64,000 nucleotides of DNA. Origin: a virus. Below, one piece after another: positions 27,990 to 37,454 of this stretch (within the stretch, counting starts at the first letter, position 1; each line of letters opens with the position of its first letter). Under the pieces are notes generated by a model, which made no database searches, had not been told where the DNA came from, and saw only the letters and a list, made by a program, of their open reading frames with translations. Where the stretch lies: IMG/VR virus record IMGVR_UViG_3300027712_001108, positions 93,924 through 157,923 of that record; one strand, 5' to 3'. Both the position numbers and the translations under genes were made by a program.

Positions 27990-28535
27990 ATGACAACGAA
28001 ACGGATTCTCACTAGCTTGGCACTTGTTGCTGGCCTTGGTTTGACATTGATGGCTGGTAGCTGTGATGTGCAGCCCAATACTTCAACAAAAAACAGTGAA
28101 GCCAGTAAAGCTGCTGCCGCTGCCAACTCTATTAGCTTTGCTGCTGGCAATGCTGAAATCGACAACATCAAGAAGCGTTTGCAATTGACAAGCGACCCTG
28201 CGCTGATGGGTTATATCGTTCTGTTCAATGACATGGGGCAACCCGTCATCTATACCACTGTCAAAGGCAAGGTTACTTCGGGTGGTAAGCGTCTGACTGC
28301 ACCTTTCCAAGAAACTGCTCTTACACGCGGCGGAGTTGGTGAAGTAAGTTCGAGTGACTTTACCGATGCACCCAGCGATGAAGGCACATGGGGTTCCAGC
28401 AATCCATACATTTACTTCTGGACTACCGAAGGTCAATACATCCAGTGGAGCGGTAATTACCTCTACAGCGACAAACCGTTCCGTTTGAACAGTACTCCGT
28501 CTGTGGTACTTGTACAACCTGTACCTGCTAACTAA
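27990..28535 (+). CDS. putative lipoprotein
   Basis: Signal peptide ending MAGS-C lipobox-like. Confidence 0.7.
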   Translation: MTTKRILTSLALVAGLGLTLMAGSCDVQPNTSTKNSEASKAAAAANSISFAAGNAEIDNIKKRLQLTSDPALMGYIVLFNDMGQPVIYTTVKGKVTSGGKRLTAPFQETALTRGGVGEVSSSDFTDAPSDEGTWGSSNPYIYFWTTEGQYIQWSGNYLYSDKPFRLNSTPSVVLVQPVPAN

Positions 28536-28558
28536 CTAAAATCTCACAATTGACACAG

Positions 28559-28587
28559 TGAGGCAGCATGCGATTACATGCTGCCTC
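28559..28587 (+). terminator. hairpin, probable terminator
   Basis: GAGGCAGCATG-cgatta-CATGCTGCCTC. Confidence 0.6.
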
Positions 28588-28645
28588 TATTCATATCATT
28601 GCTAAATATCTAGTACATGTTATCAAGTATCTGGAAATTCACACA

Positions 28646-31600
28646 ATGAAAATCAAAAATATCACATCGCGAATTAAGTTGGCAGAAGCACCTGGTACCG
28701 GACAAGCGACTCAGGTACGTCCTGCTACTAATGTGCCACGCGGTATGCGCAATTCTACAGGCAATGGTCCTAAAAAACCCACTAACTTTGCAGCAAACGA
28801 CAATATTGTTAAAAAAGCCGCTGACATGATTGGTAGTACAGGTGCATCAGCTGAAGAAATTGTAGCAAGTCCATGGTATGCAAGATGGTACGATACATTT
28901 GCAGATGGTGCAAAATTTGCGGGCAAAGGTGCCTGGAATGGTGTTAAGATTGCCGGTAAAGTTGCAAGCAAAGTTGCATTGCCATTGCTGGCGTGTGTGG
29001 CCATATATGACGGCTATACTCAAATAACTGCCATAGATAAAAATGATACCAATCGTAGAAATAAAATAATTGCTATAGTAACTAAACTTGTGGCAGATTA
29101 TGGATTTCCGGCAGTTGCAGGATATCTCGGTGCAATGGCAGGTGGTGCAGTTGGTGCATGGGTAGGCGGAGTAGGTGCGGCACCTGGTGCATTGATAGGA
29201 GGTATTGCCGGAGAAGCTGCTGCGTTTATTACACAATGGCAATATGGTGATAATATAGATCAAGCAATTGAAGATCTAGTAGATAATGTTCTTATGGATG
29301 CACCGCCATTGCGAAAAGCAACAGGTACATACACTGCACCGTATGATGTATCCAACGACGAACAAGGTGCACCGTTACCCTATGACGATATTGTGCCTAA
29401 TCCAATTGTCAATCCAAATTCGAATCCTGTTGTAGATCCTTCTACACCAGTTGTAACTAAACCTGCTGCTGTAACTGCATCACCCACTGCACAAAATACT
29501 GCTAAAAAACCTGAAAGTAAACCAAAAACTGCTGTAACACCAAGTGCTGCAAGTACTACTACAAGACCACCGACTGCTAAGTTGCCAGTTACAACATCTA
29601 CACCAACTGTGCCTCAAACTCCAAAGGTTACAATACCTAAAACTCCTACAACTGCAACACAGCCTAATTATGATGAGTTAACATTCAAGCAGGCATTTGC
29701 TCGTGCCAGAGAACGTGCAAGACAATTGTCACCTGATGATGCAGGCAAGTATACATTTACATGGCGTGGTAAACCATATCAAACAAATTACAAAGGCAGT
29801 GGCACTGCTGCCAGACCAAATGAGCCTTATATATCTCAGAAAAAGCAGCGCGGTATGATGAGTACTGCACCAATAAAAAATCCATACGAAAATCCAAAAA
29901 ACGAAAGCATGAATTTTGCTGTTGATGAAGGAGTGTTAGACGTACTTGGCAGACTTGGTACAGGTATCAAAGGGTTGTTTAAAGGCGGTAAAGCACTTAC
30001 CGCAGCAGAGAAAGCAGCAGCTGAAGCCGCCGAAGTCGCAGCAAAAGCTGCTAGAGCATTAGAGAAGACACTGTCTAACGGTAGGAAATATAGATACGAC
30101 GAACTTAAAAAAGTCTGGTATGATGTTGAAAAAGAAGCTACCATAGGTAAAAAAGCAGCACAAGTAAATTCTGCCAGTGTAGAAGGTCGTGAGCTATATG
30201 CTATACGATCTGCAAAAATAGATGCAGAGGCTGCGGCTTCGGCAGGTACCACTGCATCTAAAATTACACCAGAGGTTAAAGCATTATTACGCAAAAAGCC
30301 GCCAGAAAGTTGGACAGTTGCAGAACTTACAAGCTTGGGTCTTAAAATAGAGGATGTGCCATTTTTATCTGCTGCTAGATCAGTGGGGCTTGACATTGCT
30401 GCAACTGCTGACGAAATTGTCAAGGCGCCATGGTATAGTGCATGGAGCAAGCTTGTACATGTCACCGGAGTTGTTTCTAATAATCTATTAATGGCTGCAA
30501 TAAATGGTGCAGTGCCTGTATTTGAAGCAATTGGAAAACTACAACAACTTGATAAAAATGATCCAAATTATCAACGTAGACGAAACGAAATATGGGCAGA
30601 GTGTATTGCAAAAATTGGTGTACAGGCAACTGCTGCTATACTAGGTGCCGCAATTGCTCGTAAGTTAGTAGGTAAAGTCACAGCTAATAACAAAGCAAAA
30701 TGGGTAGCAACACTGGTTGGAGAGTTTGCAGGGTTGACTGCTGAACAAATTTTCATAGATCCAAGTATAGAATCTATAGTGCAAAAAGCCAGCGACGTTA
30801 TAACAGGAACTACAATACCCAGAGGGCAGGTGACTGATCCCACAACCGGTGAACCTCAGACAAACGCAGATGGCACACCTGCAAATTACGGCGATGTTAC
30901 AAATAATCCATTGTATAAGAAGGCATATAACTGGGCAGTAAAATCTGGATATACAGGTGATGGTCCTGCTAGATTTGCCATGATGATTTATAAACAAGGG
31001 CCAAATGGTCCTCTTGTTAATCAACTAAATGAAACTATTTTAGTTGGATGGCTCTACAAACAACTACAAGAGTCAACAGATGCACGACGCACTATTAACA
31101 TCCACAATAGTATTAGATCTATACTAGCAGAACGTACCAATGCCGATGCAATTGAACGTGTTGCATTCACATTGGTGGAATCTGGTATATTCAATGAAGA
31201 TGCCGATAGTGATAACTTTATGACCAATGTCACTGCTGCCATTGCAGCCAATACCAAAGGCGACAAAGTAGGCGCACAAAAAGCCCTTGATGCTGCAAAA
31301 TTGAATAACCCAGCCACAGGCACTGATCAAACCAATCAAAAGAAAATGCTGGATCAATTGACCAAAGCAAATCCCAGCCTGGCCGTACCCAATACCAATC
31401 CAAACTCTACTCAAAATCAAACACCAAATCCCAATGCCACACAGAGTAATGTTGAAGAAGCCGGCGGCATCGGCGGCGGCATGTCTGGTGGTGCAATACA
31501 CGGTCAGGCAGTTGGTGCTAATGCAACAGAAGTAATTCAAGCCTATAATGAATTTGCAGCACAATATCCCATTGCTAAATTCCTGCTAGATATTGCACCA

Positions 31601-33694
31601 ATAACTGGTACCGCAACAAGTATTATTGACGCATCGCAAGATCTTCGCGATGGCAAATATGGGCAGGCTGCATTAGATATGTTAGGTGCATTGCCTGGAT
31701 TTAAAATAGGCAAGTATCTGAGTCGTGGTTTGCAAAATGCAGTACATGCTATTAATAAAGGTGCACGAGCTGGCAATATAGGCAATGCCGCATCTAACCT
31801 GATTGGTAATACAATTGGATCTGCAAGTGAAAGCATTGCACCTAAGATGGGCGATCACGTCATGTTGGAATTGGCAGATGGTCGTATGATAGTTGCTCCT
31901 ATATCAGAGCTTCGCGGCAACAGTATGATTGTTACGCTGGATGAAACTGGACATCAATGGCTGGATGAAAGTCCAAGTCATGACGCACTTAAAATAGGTG
32001 ATGGCACACAGTCAATAAGCAGCACTGCACAGTTTTGGAACAGTATGATAGATACACTTGTGCATGATACTCCTTCAGGTTGGGCGCAGATGTTTGTCAA
32101 TTTGCAAAATACAACAGGTCATGCTGCAAGAACTATGCCAGCGCAATGGGCTAACATATGGAGACAACAACATATTGCACTGGGTGACGAAATTACTCGC
32201 GGTGATATGTTGACATGGGTAGACGAAGTTGAATCTGCAATAGACCGTAGCGGATTGACCGAATCATCACTGAATCCTGCAGGTGGTAGTAAACTGCGTG
32301 ACATGTTAGACAGCAAGGATGCTGCAATGCTGGCAGTTTGGATGTCTAGTCGTGCAGGTGGTAAAGGCATTAGTGTTGCAAAGTTTACCAAAGACAAAGC
32401 TGTACAGTGTGGATTGCCTGCCAATCATTGGTGGGGCAAAATCAAACACCTTGTAAACGAAACTGCTGATCCATATTCAATGGAAAAGCGTTACTACATT
32501 GTGCGTAAAACTTCATCCGCTGCACCTGTAGACGGCATCAGTGGATTCCATCGCAAGAGCCAAGCTGAGAAAAAGCTTGCCGCTATGAAGAATCCGGATC
32601 AGTATATGGTACGTGCAATAGACAGCACTAAACTGCCCAAAGATGAATTCGATGAAGCGGCAATACCTGGAATCAATACCAAAGACACACGCTACGACTA
32701 TTTTAAACATGGCAGATGGGTTATTATGGTCAGCAAGGAGCCGGTTCTGATGCCAGCACTAACTGGTCCTAATCCCAAGTACGTGGCCAAAGCAATACTA
32801 AGTGATGATCCGCGCAAGCAGCATATCAGTGTAGCAATGACACAGAATGGTGCGGTTGAAGCTGTGTCTAACAAGGCTATAGATGCCAATCGTGCTAGTT
32901 TAGATCCAAACGATTATGAAAACTACGTGATAGATTTTAACGTAGACTTCACTCGCGAATACATGGATCCAAAGACTGGACATTTCTTTAAGTTTACAAT
33001 TGGTGCAGATGGACAACCGCGACTAATCAGTGTAGGTCTAGAATGGTATCAAAAGTTTGGCACGGAGATGGATCAGTTGGGGTTCCGTCGTGCTAGCGAC
33101 AAGAGTTCGCGCAACATTGATACTCCTAATACCCCTACCTACAGCTTCCCAATAGGCAAGCCCATGGTCAAAAACTTGGGTCTCATACCAAACATGCGTT
33201 ACTCAGTTGAGTTAGAAAGCCAAGATGCCGATGGTAACGACGTGTTTATTATTAGCCCGCACAGCAGATATACAGGTGTGGGTACTCGCATGATGATGAG
33301 AACACCTGGCTTTATACTGGCTGCGGTGCCCAAGAATAAAACCGACACTCCCCCGAGCCAATATGTTAATGACATGCCTGGTCTTGCAAGTTCTGGACTT
33401 GACGAAGCAGAGTATAAAGGCAAAACTGTACCTCTTAGCAAACCCATACGTACCAGTCCCAGCGAAGGCGGCAAGTTCAAAGTCTATGTGAAAGATCCAA
33501 AAACTGGCAACATCAAAATGGTTCGCTTTGGTGATACAACTGGGCTCAGTATCAAGCGCGATGATCCCAAGCGCAGAAAAAACTATCGTGCTAGACATCA
33601 CTGCGAAAATCCAGGTCCTAAGACCAAAGCCAATTATTGGTCCTGTAAATTCTGGGCCAGTACACCTGTTAGTAAATTATTAAAGGGCAAATAA
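28646..33694 (+). CDS. large multidomain putative internal-head polyprotein (1682 aa)
   Basis: CTAAATA at 28602; many LxE linkers; internal duplication; pre-toxin-TG-like segment; C-terminal basic AEYKGK...RARHHC..YWSC domain. Confidence 0.75.
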   Translation: MKIKNITSRIKLAEAPGTGQATQVRPATNVPRGMRNSTGNGPKKPTNFAANDNIVKKAADMIGSTGASAEEIVASPWYARWYDTFADGAKFAGKGAWNGVKIAGKVASKVALPLLACVAIYDGYTQITAIDKNDTNRRNKIIAIVTKLVADYGFPAVAGYLGAMAGGAVGAWVGGVGAAPGALIGGIAGEAAAFITQWQYGDNIDQAIEDLVDNVLMDAPPLRKATGTYTAPYDVSNDEQGAPLPYDDIVPNPIVNPNSNPVVDPSTPVVTKPAAVTASPTAQNTAKKPESKPKTAVTPSAASTTTRPPTAKLPVTTSTPTVPQTPKVTIPKTPTTATQPNYDELTFKQAFARARERARQLSPDDAGKYTFTWRGKPYQTNYKGSGTAARPNEPYISQKKQRGMMSTAPIKNPYENPKNESMNFAVDEGVLDVLGRLGTGIKGLFKGGKALTAAEKAAAEAAEVAAKAARALEKTLSNGRKYRYDELKKVWYDVEKEATIGKKAAQVNSASVEGRELYAIRSAKIDAEAAASAGTTASKITPEVKALLRKKPPESWTVAELTSLGLKIEDVPFLSAARSVGLDIAATADEIVKAPWYSAWSKLVHVTGVVSNNLLMAAINGAVPVFEAIGKLQQLDKNDPNYQRRRNEIWAECIAKIGVQATAAILGAAIARKLVGKVTANNKAKWVATLVGEFAGLTAEQIFIDPSIESIVQKASDVITGTTIPRGQVTDPTTGEPQTNADGTPANYGDVTNNPLYKKAYNWAVKSGYTGDGPARFAMMIYKQGPNGPLVNQLNETILVGWLYKQLQESTDARRTINIHNSIRSILAERTNADAIERVAFTLVESGIFNEDADSDNFMTNVTAAIAANTKGDKVGAQKALDAAKLNNPATGTDQTNQKKMLDQLTKANPSLAVPNTNPNSTQNQTPNPNATQSNVEEAGGIGGGMSGGAIHGQAVGANATEVIQAYNEFAAQYPIAKFLLDIAPITGTATSIIDASQDLRDGKYGQAALDMLGALPGFKIGKYLSRGLQNAVHAINKGARAGNIGNAASNLIGNTIGSASESIAPKMGDHVMLELADGRMIVAPISELRGNSMIVTLDETGHQWLDESPSHDALKIGDGTQSISSTAQFWNSMIDTLVHDTPSGWAQMFVNLQNTTGHAARTMPAQWANIWRQQHIALGDEITRGDMLTWVDEVESAIDRSGLTESSLNPAGGSKLRDMLDSKDAAMLAVWMSSRAGGKGISVAKFTKDKAVQCGLPANHWWGKIKHLVNETADPYSMEKRYYIVRKTSSAAPVDGISGFHRKSQAEKKLAAMKNPDQYMVRAIDSTKLPKDEFDEAAIPGINTKDTRYDYFKHGRWVIMVSKEPVLMPALTGPNPKYVAKAILSDDPRKQHISVAMTQNGAVEAVSNKAIDANRASLDPNDYENYVIDFNVDFTREYMDPKTGHFFKFTIGADGQPRLISVGLEWYQKFGTEMDQLGFRRASDKSSRNIDTPNTPTYSFPIGKPMVKNLGLIPNMRYSVELESQDADGNDVFIISPHSRYTGVGTRMMMRTPGFILAAVPKNKTDTPPSQYVNDMPGLASSGLDEAEYKGKTVPLSKPIRTSPSEGGKFKVYVKDPKTGNIKMVRFGDTTGLSIKRDDPKRRKNYRARHHCENPGPKTKANYWSCKFWASTPVSKLLKGK

Positions 33695-34323
33695 TGTACT
33701 ATATCATTTATAAAATAACAAACCATATTAATGGACGTTATTACATAGGTCGTCATGCAACTGATAATTTAGATGATGGTTATATGGGTAGTGGTAAAGG
33801 TATAAAGAATGCCATTGCAAAGTATGGTCTTGATAATTTTACTAAAGATATCATTGCTACAGCAGAAACTGCCGTGGATCTATGGCAATTAGAAAAAGAT
33901 ATTGTTAACGAAACAGTAGTTAAAGATCCGTTATCTTATAATATGTCATATGGTGGAAAACATTATCTTGACGGTTTGAAAAAATATGACGAGCAAGCAT
34001 TTATTGAACATCAAAGACAAGCAGGATTGCGCGGCGGCAAAGTATCTATAGCTACTCGCAATTCAGCATGGCATGCAAAAGGCGGATCAGCATCTAGTCG
34101 TAAAAAAGCAGCACTATATAAGTATAAGCTTACTACATCATCTGGGGATGTATTTGATCTAGACGGTAATAGTCTTAAAGCAATGTGCAAAGAAAACAAT
34201 TGGAATTATGATACATTAATATGGACCAGGCATAAAGATCGACCAGTATTATCGGGCCCTCTTGCAGGATTCAGATTAGACCAAATAAGCAAGCCTGTGG
34301 GCAAAATACTCAAAGGCAAGTGA
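33694..34323 (+). mobile_element. GIY-YIG (Seg-like) homing endonuclease
   Basis: IIYKITNHINGRYYIGRH...YMGSG; its C-terminus duplicates that of the upstream gene. Confidence 0.85.
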
Positions 34324-35033
34324 TGCGCAGCAGCCAGTTTATAACAGACGCTGTTGCACCTCGTAATATAAATGCTGCAAGCGAAGAAGAACAGCTTGCC
34401 GCAGTTGCCGACGATTATGGTATAATACGTGACATTGATAATCCCAGTGAGGCAGTGCAGCTAGCAGCAATAAACGAATATCCAGGTTCTATAATAGCCA
34501 TAGACAATCCCACTGAGCGTGTTAAGATGGTGGCAATAGAAAACTCGCCACATCTTATCAAACACATACCAGACCCTAGCGAAGAATTGCAATTCGCAGC
34601 AGTTTCGCAAAACTACCGACTCATTCAACATATATACAGGCCTGCACCTGCTGTGCAACGTTATGTAGTAGAAGAAACGCCCGAGTACATACGTTACATT
34701 AACGCACCAACAGAAGAAGTTCAACTACTAGCAGTATCTGCATCTCCTTGGAATATACAAGATATATGGGAACCAACCGCAGCAGTACAAAAACTTGCAG
34801 TAATCAACAATGCTGCTACCATGTTAGAGATCAGATCTGATATTGATCGTGCAATATTCAATGACGGTAAAGTCAAACAATCTATCATACGATATATGTT
34901 GAAGCTGATAAAAGACTCTTATAAAGAACGTGTGGTACGATATATGAACATATTAGAATACTATGATGTCAAGTGGCCAGATTTAGATGTGATACGTGAC
35001 ACTGTGAACTCAATACCAGATGACGACTATTAA
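34323..35033 (+). CDS. ~23-aa tandem-repeat protein with C-terminal WPEL module
   Basis: Six (P)SE(A/E)VQLAAV-like repeats; ends VKWPDLDVIR. Confidence 0.75.
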   Translation: MRSSQFITDAVAPRNINAASEEEQLAAVADDYGIIRDIDNPSEAVQLAAINEYPGSIIAIDNPTERVKMVAIENSPHLIKHIPDPSEELQFAAVSQNYRLIQHIYRPAPAVQRYVVEETPEYIRYINAPTEEVQLLAVSASPWNIQDIWEPTAAVQKLAVINNAATMLEIRSDIDRAIFNDGKVKQSIIRYMLKLIKDSYKERVVRYMNILEYYDVKWPDLDVIRDTVNSIPDDDY

Positions 35034-35125
35034 TAGTAACATACAAAACCTGTATGTAACAACATGATCTATTAAGGACTGCTGTGTTGTGTAATTTCTT
35101 CCATAAATACCATGGGAGATTTGCA

Positions 35126-35590
35126 ATGAGACTAACAGACCTATACGGTGATCTTTTTGAGAACGCACCATCCATGGGCAAGATAGTGGCCGGATTGCCT
35201 CCCAGCTTTCAACATAGTATGCCTGCTACACATGCTTTTCCTGACATGGACAACTATTATGGATTTTATAGATTTGTTATAGCTATGGCAGGCGAATCGG
35301 GTGAACCGCACGAACCCGTCGATTATGAAATACCGTTACAAAGCAACATGCGAGACATACCCATTGCTGTTGCATATACAAAGCAAGAACACGAAATGAT
35401 ACACAGGACTGCCAGACGAATGGGCGCTAAACCAGATGAGCTTGCATATCATGGCAGTCAAGAACCACCTGACACATTTACAGTTAGTCCTGTTATAAAA
35501 TTTCAAATGAGTGAAGCTCAACAACGTAAGTTTAAAAGTCTATTGGCACTAAGCGAGGCAATGATTAATGCGTCTACTCGATCTGTTTGA
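35126..35590 (+). CDS. putative internal-head protein; paralog of the next gene's N-domain
   Basis: ATAAATA 35103; MRLTDLYGDLFE leader. Confidence 0.7.
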   Translation: MRLTDLYGDLFENAPSMGKIVAGLPPSFQHSMPATHAFPDMDNYYGFYRFVIAMAGESGEPHEPVDYEIPLQSNMRDIPIAVAYTKQEHEMIHRTARRMGAKPDELAYHGSQEPPDTFTVSPVIKFQMSEAQQRKFKSLLALSEAMINASTRSV

Positions 35591-37250
35591 AGAATTTGGA
35601 TCTGCAAAGATCGACCATGACATGGAAGCAACATTGCCGCCTGTTGCAATCATGCCAGAACTTAGCAACAGCAACAGCTATCTACAATATCGTTTTATGT
35701 CTGATATGGCTGCTGCAAGAGCAGTAGCAGCAGGCGAGGTTCAATTTAAGAAAATTGTACCATGGAGTCAGTATCTAACAGTAGTTGGGTATACACCAGA
35801 AGAACTTGAAACTGTGAGATTGGCATGTGAACAAAGTGGTATGAAGTTTGAAATGATCAATAACACAACAAGCCAAGAACCCAGTTGGGTTAATACTCTA
35901 AGCACTGTGATGCCGTTTCATATGAGTGAACACAAGCGTAGCAATAAAAAACTTGCAGGCTTATTTGAAAGTGACGGCAAGCAAGTACTAGTAATATACC
36001 CTGGGCATTTCCAGCCGTTACACCGTGGTCATCAAGCAGTATTTCAAAAACTACAAGAAGAATACGGTGACAATGTCTATATCGCAACCAGTGATAAAAC
36101 AAATAGTAATAATAGCCCATTTGACTACAATGACAAAACAGTTATGGCTCGTGCCGCCAATATACCACTTGATAAAGTTGTGCAGGTAAAATCCACTTAT
36201 AGCCCAGCTGAAATTACAAAATTATTCGATCCCAATAACACAGTGCTGATATTTGTAGTGGGTGTTAAGGATATGGAACTTGATCCGCGATTCAAGTTTG
36301 ATGATAAAAAAGACGGCACTAAATCATATTTGCAAAAGTTTAAAAACGAAGAAGTAGCTGAACCAATGAGCAAGCATGGTTATATCATGTCTGCACCTAC
36401 TGTTGAGTTTGAGTTGTTGGGCCAACCCGTCACCAGTGCTACACAAGTTAGAAAACTTTATGCTGCCAGCGACGATGCAAAGCGTGATAAAATACTGAAA
36501 GATCTCTATGGTAAACCCTCGTCTGAAATTAGAACCATGTTTGATCGCAAGTTGAGTCATTCGTCTACACAACTGAGCGAGTCTGTACATAGCGAAACTT
36601 TTATAGATAACATGCGCAAGTTTTTTGCAATTGCACAGCGTGACTTGGAACTGGATAGCTTGCCTAAGATAGTATGGACCAGTGACAGTACTGCCAAAGG
36701 CGAACGTCCTACCTTTGGTAAATTCCAAAACGACAATAACACAATCACTGTAAGCATTGTAAATCGCCATCCAATTGATATTATGCGCACATTGGCACAC
36801 GAACTTACACACTATAAACAACACATGACCAAAGGTTTAGATGCTAAAAGCGGCGATACAGGTAGTCCAGAAGAAGATGAAGCCAATGCCATTGCTGGAC
36901 AAATTATGCGTCACTTTGACGAAGAAAATCCAGACGCATTTGATATCAAGCCTGTTATAGCAGAACATATTGTTAGACACGGCAGTGGATATAGACTGCT
37001 TAGCAAAAAAACTGGCAAAAATCTCGGAGATTTCCCTACTAAAGCTGCGGCTGAAAAGCATGAACGTGAAGTACAATATTTCAAGCATGCATCTGAATCA
37101 GTCAATGAGGAAGTATGGGATCACCCTAATCCTGTTAAAAAGCATAAAAAGCTAAGCCCAGCTGACAAAGCTGCTGCCAAACGCAGAGCCGCAGCAGCAG
37201 GTAGAAAATATCCCAACATGGTAGATAATATCTGGGCTGCTAAACGATAA
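35568..37250 (+). CDS. putative polyprotein: N-domain + HIGH cytidylyltransferase-like + zincin (HExxH) + two small basic domains
   Basis: MRLLDLFE; YPGHFQPLHRGH, SATQVR; LAHELTH...EDEANA; domains bounded by LFE/LSE/IAE/VNE. Confidence 0.8.
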   Translation: MRLLDLFEEFGSAKIDHDMEATLPPVAIMPELSNSNSYLQYRFMSDMAAARAVAAGEVQFKKIVPWSQYLTVVGYTPEELETVRLACEQSGMKFEMINNTTSQEPSWVNTLSTVMPFHMSEHKRSNKKLAGLFESDGKQVLVIYPGHFQPLHRGHQAVFQKLQEEYGDNVYIATSDKTNSNNSPFDYNDKTVMARAANIPLDKVVQVKSTYSPAEITKLFDPNNTVLIFVVGVKDMELDPRFKFDDKKDGTKSYLQKFKNEEVAEPMSKHGYIMSAPTVEFELLGQPVTSATQVRKLYAASDDAKRDKILKDLYGKPSSEIRTMFDRKLSHSSTQLSESVHSETFIDNMRKFFAIAQRDLELDSLPKIVWTSDSTAKGERPTFGKFQNDNNTITVSIVNRHPIDIMRTLAHELTHYKQHMTKGLDAKSGDTGSPEEDEANAIAGQIMRHFDEENPDAFDIKPVIAEHIVRHGSGYRLLSKKTGKNLGDFPTKAAAEKHEREVQYFKHASESVNEEVWDHPNPVKKHKKLSPADKAAAKRRAAAAGRKYPNMVDNIWAAKR

Positions 37251-37281
37251 CTAATGCTGCAACAGCACAATGGAGAGTAAC

Positions 37282-37443
37282 GTGAATTTATCCAATGCAG
37301 ATAAAGAACATATTGCTCGCATATTGTACGAAACTGTCAATCCTCATGGAAATTGGCTAACTGTATTACCAATGGAACGCCGCAATTGGATAGCAGGCGC
37401 TGTTAAATTGTATACGCTGGATTACACACCTCACGTTCGTTAA
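37282..37443 (+). CDS. small hypothetical protein (53 aa)
   Basis: GGAG SD plus GTG; hand-translated. Confidence 0.4.
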   Translation: MNLSNADKEHIARILYETVNPHGNWLTVLPMERRNWIAGAVKLYTLDYTPHVR

Positions 37444-37454
37444 TAAATATCTAC

